Assembly (NCBI GenBank): GCA_965223855.1
Contig: CBDCXM010000009.1
Location: 2,784,001-2,848,000, forward strand
Source of the DNA: Candidatus Multivoradales bacterium
Lineage (GTDB): Bacteria; Acidobacteriota; Thermoanaerobaculia; Multivoradales; JAHEKO01
Length of the DNA: 64,000 nucleotides
Direction: 5' to 3'
Part shown: positions 56,907 to 64,000 of the stretch, in pieces
Numbering within the stretch: the stretch's first letter is position 1
Layout of the letters: each line of letters begins with the position of its first letter
The notes under the pieces: model-generated
Told to the model about the DNA's origin: nothing
The model's input: the letters and a program-made list of their open reading frames with translations, nothing else
The model's database searches: none
Made by a program: the position numbers and the translations under genes

Positions 56907-59900
56907 GATCCGAGCCGCCAGGACAGCGCGAACGCCGCTTCGAGAGGGGAGAGCGTCGTGACCTGACGAGCGCCGTCGCGCGCCCCCATCCACTCCTTCA
57001 AGCGGCGTCGGGATCCGGAATCACCTCGCAGGCAGGCGTCCCGGACTTCGCATACCCGGCAGCGGAACGGTTCCCGTTCGCCATCGGGCTCCACCATTCG
57101 AGGGTAGAAGGCGCCGAAGTCCCAGGTGGCGAGGCCGGCGGCGACGGCGGCGCCGAAGGCCACTTCGATCTCGTCGTCGTCCCCATCCACCGAGACCTCC
57201 CTCACCGAGCGACCGCCCGCGATCTCCGGATGGAGGAACAGGTAGCGCCCGCGATCGCTCGGCTCACCGCCGGCGAGCGCGTAGGCCGGAGCCTGCAGGC
57301 GATCGCCGCGCCGCACGCCGTCGAGAAGGGCCTTTCGACGACCGGCGGCGGTCTTCGCCTCGGAGACCGGCCGTCGGCCGGTCTTGAGATCGGTGGCGAC
57401 GAAGGAGCGGCCGTGCAGGTCGAGCCGATCCGCCCTGAAGTGCAGCCGTCTGGCCCTGCCGGCGTAGTCCTCGACCTCGAGGACCCCCTCGAGCTCGGCG
57501 CCGAGGACGTGAGGGGGCTCCCTGCCCTCGAGCTCCCTGGCGTGCTCCAGATGGGCTGCGGCGGCACGGGCCAGCAGCTCGGGGAACCCGCGAACCGTGA
57601 GGCCCTCCGCGCGGCACAGCCGCCGCGCGGCTGCGACCACCATCTTCTCCAGATCCCGCTCTTCGGGCCAGGGGATCGGCACCGGCAAACGCGCCCGCGC
57701 CAGCTCGAAGCTCCTGACCTCCTCGCCCAGGCCCCGATGGACGATCTCTTCGGCCACCTGGTGGACCAGAGAGCCGAGCAGCCGCGGCGTGACACCGGGC
57801 AGTGTCGAGAGAGGATCCGGCACCGGGCGCAGCCGCAGAAGCCGCTCCAGGAAGGCCTGCCACGGGCAGCCGGTGAGCCGCTCGAGCGTCGTGATCCAGA
57901 GCTTCTGAAGCCGGCGGGGGTCGTCCTCGGTCGCCCTGCCGACGAGTCCCAGATAGGGCCCTAGATCGCGGCGTGCCGCCCTCCCTGCCTCGGTCGAGAG
58001 ATCGGGGTCCAGGGCGTCGAGAACCTGGACGCGCGCCCGCGCCAGGGCTTCGCGATGGTCGAGATCTTCGGGCAGCAGGCGGCCGAGTGCGTCCCGCAAG
58101 GTCGAGCGGTCACGGCGAATCGCCGTCGCCACCAGCACCTCGTCGGCCGACCGCGGCATCGGATCCGTGCGGGCGAGGGGAGCGCGCGCCAGCGGGGGGC
58201 GTTCCCAGTCGGTATCGTCGCGGCTCCAGCGCAATCGCTCCAGCAGGGGCGAAGGGGCCACGGGGGCCTGATCGTCGTCCGTGTCCTGCCACGAGAGCGT
58301 GACGTGCGGGGCGGAAGCGAGGAGCTGGTCGAAGAGGAAGCGCTCCTCGTCGTGGCCGAGCCGCTTCGGCAGCAGGTCAGGGAGCACCGAATGCCCGAGC
58401 CGTCCGAGAAGGTGCCGCAGCGGATCCGGCAGCAGAGGGTCCTCGCGGACCACGCGGGGGAAGGTGCCGCGGTTGAGACCGATCAGGAAGAGGTGCTCGC
58501 TGGTACGCCCTCGTGCCTCGGTGACGTCGAGAACCTGGATCCCACCGCCACGTCCCCCGAGGGGCACTCGGCCCGAGTCGAGCAACGGGACCGCCAGCAG
58601 CTCGACGAACTCGTCCAGCGTGACGGTGCCGCCGTCGAGCGCCTCGAGCGCGTGCAGGGTCGAAGGGGGCGGAAGGTCTTCTTCCCTCCAATCGAGCGAG
58701 CCCAGCAGGGCCTCGAGGTGCGCGAGATGCTCCGGGACCGTCGTCGCCGACTCCCAGGTGGTGAACCGTTCGACCAGATCGCGGCCGAGCTCGGCTGCGG
58801 CGCGCAGAGTCGCTGCCGGTACCCTCCGCCTTCTCAGGCGGCCGGAACTCTGATCGGCGGACTCGAAGCCGAGGCGGGTGTCGAGGGGCAGATCGTGCGC
58901 CAGCCGGGCTTCGTCCTGAGCGAGCGCCTCGACGTCCTCCAGCCGCGCGATGCCGAGGGCGGCGAGAGCGGTTCTGACCTCGGAGATCGGCCGTCCACCT
59001 ACGGTCGCCGGCAACGAGTCGAGCCATCGTTCGACCGGCACCCGGGAGCGGCGTCGAAGCAGGTCGACGAGGGCGTCCCGACGACGCCCTCCAGCGGTAC
59101 GCGCCGCTCGTGTCGCGTACCCGGAGTAGGGGAGTGCCAGAGCTCTGAACTGCTGTCGCAACGCCCGCTCGTACGGCTGTAACCGTCGGGCGACGACAGA
59201 GATCGTCTCGGGCTGCGCCCCTGCGTCCAGGAGCTGGCGGATTCGCAACGCCACCTCCCGCAGCTCACCGTCGCTGCCGAGAGCGCGGAAGATCTCGAGC
59301 CGTGGTGCATCGGTGCGTGATTCGTCGATCGTTGTCGTGAGATCGCCGAAGCGCTCGCGGAAGTGACGGGTGAACGGGTTGTCGGGAGTTCGATCAGGAT
59401 CGGCGCCCGCGCCCGTGACGGCAGCATCCTGTGCCGCGGCAGCGAGGACCGGATCCGGCGGACGATCGAGGTAGATTCGGCCGCCGCACCTAGCCAGCAG
59501 AGCGCGAAGAAAGTCGATCGCCACGCCGCTCGCGTCGGCGAAACCGTAGACCCAGCAGCTCGATCGGGCGACGAGCGGCGCTTCCGCGAAGAGCGTCTCG
59601 GTCGCACGTTGCAGCACCGTGGAGCGGCGCCCGGTCGACGTGGCCTCGAGTGCGGCATGAGCGGCACCCGCGACCGCCAGCAGGGACCGGGCACGCTCCA
59701 GCTCGCGTTTCGACGCCAGCGTGCCTCCCTCGGCATCGAGGGCCTCCATTGCCGCCTCGCCGAGGGCGGGCTCGAAGCCGGCATCGAGAAGGTCCCGGAC
59801 GCCGGAGAGAAGGGCCGAGTAGCCGTCCTGGAGGTGCTGCAGCTCGCGGCGAAGAACCCGGTCGGCTTCGGCCGCCCGGCGCACCAGCAGCGGGAACAGG

Positions 59901-60223
59901 TCGCGCCCCGCAAGAGCCCTGCCGGCGGCGTCGTCGACCGCCTCGAGGGCGGCACCGAAAAGTGTCGTGATCCGCACTCCGATGACGGCGCCCCTGAGGG
60001 CGACGATCCTCGCGTGAAGGTGATCGCGCAGCGCCTGTGAGGGCACGACGATGAGCAGCGCTCGGTAGTCCGGGTCGCCCGGCTGCGGTCGCGCCGCGAG
60101 GTCGGACAGCAGCCTGTGCTCGGCTGCAAGAGGGCCGGCGGTGAGAACGAGCCTGCGTTCGCTGCCCGAGGTCGAGCCGGGACCGGGGCTCGGTGTCGGT
60201 CCGGAGTCCGGGTCGCGCGTCAC
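56903..60223 (-). CDS. addB: AddB-like inactive helicase / Fe-S PD-(D/E)XK nuclease
   Basis: ARG...GLNRGTFP, EERFLF, GCPWQ...RADRLD..DLKTG..LQAPAY...CRVCEVRDAC four-Cys staple. Confidence 0.8.
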   Translation of the reverse strand: MTRDPDSGPTPSPGPGSTSGSERRLVLTAGPLAAEHRLLSDLAARPQPGDPDYRALLIVVPSQALRDHLHARIVALRGAVIGVRITTLFGAALEAVDDAAGRALAGRDLFPLLVRRAAEADRVLRRELQHLQDGYSALLSGVRDLLDAGFEPALGEAAMEALDAEGGTLASKRELERARSLLAVAGAAHAALEATSTGRRSTVLQRATETLFAEAPLVARSSCWVYGFADASGVAIDFLRALLARCGGRIYLDRPPDPVLAAAAQDAAVTGAGADPDRTPDNPFTRHFRERFGDLTTTIDESRTDAPRLEIFRALGSDGELREVALRIRQLLDAGAQPETISVVARRLQPYERALRQQFRALALPYSGYATRAARTAGGRRRDALVDLLRRRSRVPVERWLDSLPATVGGRPISEVRTALAALGIARLEDVEALAQDEARLAHDLPLDTRLGFESADQSSGRLRRRRVPAATLRAAAELGRDLVERFTTWESATTVPEHLAHLEALLGSLDWREEDLPPPSTLHALEALDGGTVTLDEFVELLAVPLLDSGRVPLGGRGGGIQVLDVTEARGRTSEHLFLIGLNRGTFPRVVREDPLLPDPLRHLLGRLGHSVLPDLLPKRLGHDEERFLFDQLLASAPHVTLSWQDTDDDQAPVAPSPLLERLRWSRDDTDWERPPLARAPLARTDPMPRSADEVLVATAIRRDRSTLRDALGRLLPEDLDHREALARARVQVLDALDPDLSTEAGRAARRDLGPYLGLVGRATEDDPRRLQKLWITTLERLTGCPWQAFLERLLRLRPVPDPLSTLPGVTPRLLGSLVHQVAEEIVHRGLGEEVRSFELARARLPVPIPWPEERDLEKMVVAAARRLCRAEGLTVRGFPELLARAAAAHLEHARELEGREPPHVLGAELEGVLEVEDYAGRARRLHFRADRLDLHGRSFVATDLKTGRRPVSEAKTAAGRRKALLDGVRRGDRLQAPAYALAGGEPSDRGRYLFLHPEIAGGRSVREVSVDGDDDEIEVAFGAAVAAGLATWDFGAFYPRMVEPDGEREPFRCRVCEVRDACLRGDSGSRRRLKEWMGARDGARQVTTLSPLEAAFALSWRLGS

Positions 60224-60296
60224 CGTCCGATGGCAGCATGCCCCCCTCCCCGCTGTCAACCATGCGGCGACCGCGTGGGATACTCCCGCCTCGGGC

Positions 60297-60971
60297 ATGC
60301 AGATCACCGAACCGACGACGCTCCTCACCGACTACCTGCTCGCTGCGGTAGGCATCTTCTTCGCCGCCAGGCTCGGGCGAGCGTTGAAGGGCAGTCTCGC
60401 TCGGTCGGCCGGGAGCGACTCGGCGGCGGATCCTCGGTCGGTGACGATCTGGTGGCGGCGGGCGCTTCTCGGCATGAGTGCCGGCGCCCTGCTGGGAGGA
60501 ACGTTTCACGGCTTCACGCTGCTGTTGCCCCAGTGGGCCCTGACCGCTCTGTGGAAGGGGACGATGCTCTCCATCGGCGCCGCCAGCGCGGCGCTTCTCC
60601 TCGCCTCGGTGGCGGCCTTCGGCATGCGCCCCTCCGCGCGCGGCTGGGTCTGGCTGGCCGGCGTCAAGTGGGTACTCTTCGCCGCCTGGGTGCTGTTCGT
60701 CGATGACCGGTTCCTCGTCGCCATCCTCGACTACGGCAGCGTGATGATCGCCAGTGTCGCGATTCACGGGGTGGCCGTGCTCTCGTCTCGTCGCTGGGCA
60801 CGGTGGATCCTGGCCGGTCTGGCGACCTCCCTGCTCGCCTCCGTCGTGCAGCAGTTCGGTCCGAGTCTCCACCGGCACTTCAACCACAACGACCTCTACC
60901 ACCTGATTCAGATGGTGGCGTTGTGGCTGCTCTATCGGGGTGCGTTGGCGGCTGTCGACTCCGACGGCTGA
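60297..60971 (+). CDS. Polytopic membrane protein (DUF6962-like)
   Basis: EPTTLLTDYLLA, GGTFHGF, FNHNDLYHLIQM with conserved His. Confidence 0.7.
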   Translation: MQITEPTTLLTDYLLAAVGIFFAARLGRALKGSLARSAGSDSAADPRSVTIWWRRALLGMSAGALLGGTFHGFTLLLPQWALTALWKGTMLSIGAASAALLLASVAAFGMRPSARGWVWLAGVKWVLFAAWVLFVDDRFLVAILDYGSVMIASVAIHGVAVLSSRRWARWILAGLATSLLASVVQQFGPSLHRHFNHNDLYHLIQMVALWLLYRGALAAVDSDG

Positions 60972-61544
60972 ACCTCCAGGGAAGAGGACGCGGGAAGAGC
61001 CTTGCCGGCGGCGCGTTGGGCAGGCGGTTGGCCGGGAGGGGGTGCGGAATCGGTTCATGAAGGCTCAGGCCAAGGAGGGCCGTGGCGGCTTTGCCCTGGG
61101 GCATCGCGAGGGGCGCCGGGTAGGGCGAAGTGATGGGGCGGTCGGTCGTCAATCCGCCCCTTCAGCCGGCGCAGCAGGCGCGGAGGAAACTCGCCGGCGG
61201 GAGGCGTGTGCTGCAGTCCGGGCGCGCGGAGACCCGGAAGTGCGCTACCGGTAGGGTCCTGTGCAGTCGCAGGCAACCTAGGTTCACGCTGCCTGCCTGG
61301 ACGAGCGTCGATGGCTCGCGCGAAGGACGGCCCTGAGAATCGACCTCGGAGCGGAGTCGCGGGGGAGCCGCGACGGTCGGCACTCGAGCGCCGACTCGTC
61401 GCCTTCGAGGTCTCCTGGAGACCGTCCGCAGGAGTCCTTCGACCTTCGAGCGCGGCGGTGGCGCCGCTGACCGGAGGCGGAGTCGCTGCCGTGGTTGTTG
61501 TCGCTACAATGCCGACTCGGCCTGAGGCCGAGGGGAGACGACGC

Positions 61545-62768
61545 GTGGCCGACCAGAGACTCGACAAGTTGAAGATCGATCGAGGTGCGCCGCCGAGCGA
61601 GAGCGGGCTGGACCGACGGTGGATCGCCGTGTCCGTCGGCGCCCTGCTGGTGATGGTCGCGGCGATCTGGTGGTGGACCCGGCCCGAAGTACCGACCGTC
61701 CGCACCGCGCCGGCGCGCGAGGTGAGCGCCGGTGGAGGGGGGCGCGGGGCGACGATCCTCAACGCCTCCGGCTACGTCACCGCCCGGCTGCAGGCGACGG
61801 TGTCGTCGAAGGTCACGGCGCGGGTGGTCGAGGTGCTGATCGAGGAGGGGATGGAGGTCGCCGAGGGGCAGCTGATGGCGCGCCTCGACGACTCGAACAC
61901 GCGGGTCGGTCTGCGGCTGGCGCGGGCGCAGGAAACGGCCGCGCGCGCACAGCTCCAGGAGACCCGTGTCCGACTCGCCGAGGCCGACCTCGAACTCGGC
62001 AGGGTCAGAGAGCTGGTTGCGGCTCAGATCGGCTCCACGGCCGATCTCGATGCGGCCGCCGCGGCCCGTGATTCGCTGGCGGCGCGGCTCGAGCAGCAAC
62101 GCGAGCAGGCGGAGGTGGCGCGGCGCCAGGTGGGTGTCTGGGAGCAGGAGCTCGCCGATACCGAAATCCGCGCTCCCTTTGCCGGCGTCGTGGTGTCGAA
62201 GAACGCGCAGCCGGGAGAGATGATCTCGCCCGCGGCGGCGGGCGGCGGCTTTACCCGCACCGGGATCGGCACGGTGGTCGACATGGCCTCGCTCGAAATC
62301 GAGGTCGACGTCAACGAGAGCTATATCAACCGGGTCTATCCCGGTCAGGTGGTCGAGGCGACGCTCGACGCCTACAGCGACTGGCAGATCCCCGCGCGGG
62401 TGATCGCCATCGTCCCGACCGCCGACCGCCAGCGTGCCACGGTCAAGGTGCGAATCGGCTTCGACGAACTCGACCCGCGCATCCTCCCTGACATGGGAGT
62501 GAAGGTCGCGTTCCGTGAGGCCGAGACAGGGGGCGACGAGCAGAGGACTTCGATCGTCGTTCCTCGGGCAGCCGTCTCGCGCGACGGAGGGCGTGAGGTG
62601 GTGTGGCTGGTGAAGGACGGCTTCGTCGAAAGGCGAGCCGTCGCGGTAGGCGGGGACTCGCCCGACGGAACGCTGGTGCTCTCCGGGGTCGGCCCGGGAG
62701 ACCAGGTCGTGGTCGAGAGTTCACTGCCGCTCGAGGATGGACAGAAGGTTCGGGAGGAGTCGCCATGA
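61545..62768 (+). CDS. Efflux periplasmic adaptor (MacA/HlyD-like MFP)
   Basis: TM, LNASGYV, VSSKVTARV, IRAPFAGVV, EVDVNES, PDMGVKV. Confidence 0.92.
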   Translation: MADQRLDKLKIDRGAPPSESGLDRRWIAVSVGALLVMVAAIWWWTRPEVPTVRTAPAREVSAGGGGRGATILNASGYVTARLQATVSSKVTARVVEVLIEEGMEVAEGQLMARLDDSNTRVGLRLARAQETAARAQLQETRVRLAEADLELGRVRELVAAQIGSTADLDAAAAARDSLAARLEQQREQAEVARRQVGVWEQELADTEIRAPFAGVVVSKNAQPGEMISPAAAGGGFTRTGIGTVVDMASLEIEVDVNESYINRVYPGQVVEATLDAYSDWQIPARVIAIVPTADRQRATVKVRIGFDELDPRILPDMGVKVAFREAETGGDEQRTSIVVPRAAVSRDGGREVVWLVKDGFVERRAVAVGGDSPDGTLVLSGVGPGDQVVVESSLPLEDGQKVREESP

Positions 62769-63461
62769 GTGCTCTGGTCGAGGTCGCAGGAGTCGACAAG
62801 TCGTTTCCGCCGCGGTGCGGAGGTGATCCAGGTTCTCGAGAAGCTCGATCTTGCGGTCGGAGAGGGGGAGTTCCTCGCCCTCATGGGGCCGTCGGGATCG
62901 GGCAAGTCGACGCTGCTCAACCTGATCGGCGGGTTGGACCGGCCGACCTCGGGAACGGTGACGGTGGGTGGCGCTCGGATCGACGCTCTGAGCGATCGCA
63001 AGCTCGCCGGCTGGCGCTCGCGGCATGTCGGTTTCGTCTTCCAGTTCTACAACCTGATGCCGATGCTCTCCGCCGCGCGCAACGTCGAGTTGCCGCTCCT
63101 GCTGGCGCCGCTGTCGAAGAGGGAACGACGCGAGCAGGTGGCGACGGCACTCGACATCGTCGGTCTGTCCCACCGGACCGGCCACTATCCGCGTCAGCTC
63201 TCCGGCGGCGAACAGCAGCGTGTCGGGATCGCGCGGGCGATCGCCACCGACCCGACCCTGATCCTCGCGGATGAGCCGACGGGCGACCTCGATCGCGAGT
63301 CGGGAGACGAGGTGCTCGAGATCCTGAAGGCGCTGTCGGGCGAGCAGGGCAAGACGATCGTCATGGTGACGCACGACCCGCTCGCGGCTCAGCGGGCCGA
63401 TCGCACCCTCCATCTGGACAAGGGGCGGCTCGTCGAGAGGGCGCAGCAGGGGGTGGCATGA
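62765..63461 (+). CDS. ABC transporter ATP-binding protein (LolD/MacB-type), apparent +1 frameshift at ~62804-62808
   Basis: ATG 62765 [14 protein letters not shown], then in the shifted frame [36 protein letters not shown]. Confidence 0.92.
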
Positions 63462-64000
63462 AGTTCCTGCCGATCCTGTGGAGCAACCTGCGGCGCAAGA
63501 AGACGCGCACGATCCTCACGATGCTGTCGATCCTCATCGCGTTCCTTCTGTTCGGCTACCTGGTGACGATCGATCAGGCGCTGGCGATGGGGGTGAGCCT
63601 GGTGGGGGAGGACCGTCTCGTGACGCGGCACAAGGTCTCTCTCATTCAGCTCCTTCCCGCCAGCTACGAACAACGCATGGAGTCGATCGACGGCGTCGCT
63701 CAGGCGACCCATGCGACCTGGTTCGGCGGCGTCTACCAGGATCCCAAGAACATCTTCCAGCAGTCGCCCGTGAAGCCCGAGGAGTACCTCGAGATGTATC
63801 CGGAGTTCCTGCTGCCCGAAGAACAGCTGGAGGCGTGGAAGAGCACCCGCACGGGTGCCGTGGTCGGGCGCACGATCGCCGACAAGTACGGCTGGGAGAT
63901 CGGTGACAAGGTGCCGATTCAGGCGACGATCTGGCGCCAGAAGGGGGGCGGTGCCACCTGGACGTTCGACATCGTCGGCATCTACGACGGCGCCGACGAC
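63458..64000 (+). CDS. ABC transporter permease (MacB/FtsX-type), 3' truncated
   Basis: ATGA overlap; [35 protein letters not shown]...WFGGVYQDP. Confidence 0.88.
   Translation, partial: MKFLPILWSNLRRKKTRTILTMLSILIAFLLFGYLVTIDQALAMGVSLVGEDRLVTRHKVSLIQLLPASYEQRMESIDGVAQATHATWFGGVYQDPKNIFQQSPVKPEEYLEMYPEFLLPEEQLEAWKSTRTGAVVGRTIADKYGWEIGDKVPIQATIWRQKGGGATWTFDIVGIYDGADD

Overview
High-GC window from a diderm bacterium; gene content suggests Acidobacteriota/Thermoanaerobaculia-like, which is inference only. Housekeeping genes flank it: lon, pruA, alanine symporter, mscS on the left; purE, cstA, addAB-like helicase/nuclease and an ABC exporter on the right. The most unusual part is a ~27 kb accessory locus (13.4-40.4 kb). 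Its leftward operon encodes a STAS protein, a dynamin-like membrane protein with a degenerate P-loop, a lid-less Hsp70 and a Ser/Thr kinase fused to an extracytoplasmic caspase-like domain. Its divergent rightward operon encodes a 1987-aa acidic repeat protein (91 x 9-aa and 23 x 19-aa units) capped by a helical domain, four paralogous acidic all-helical proteins with hydrophobic C-termini, a DUF1566 protein, two membrane proteins sharing an outer domain (one with 3 FHA domains and an HPD-less J-like domain) and a Calx-beta autotransporter. A secreted pseudo-caspase and an FHA-GAF-PP2C phosphatase bracket the locus. Features missed by the ORF track are an AhpD-like selenoprotein (CxxU plus SECIS-like hairpin), a probable 6S RNA, repeated leaderless promoters, and several +1 frameshifts that look like sequencing errors. 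Family assignments are from motif recognition, not database searches.
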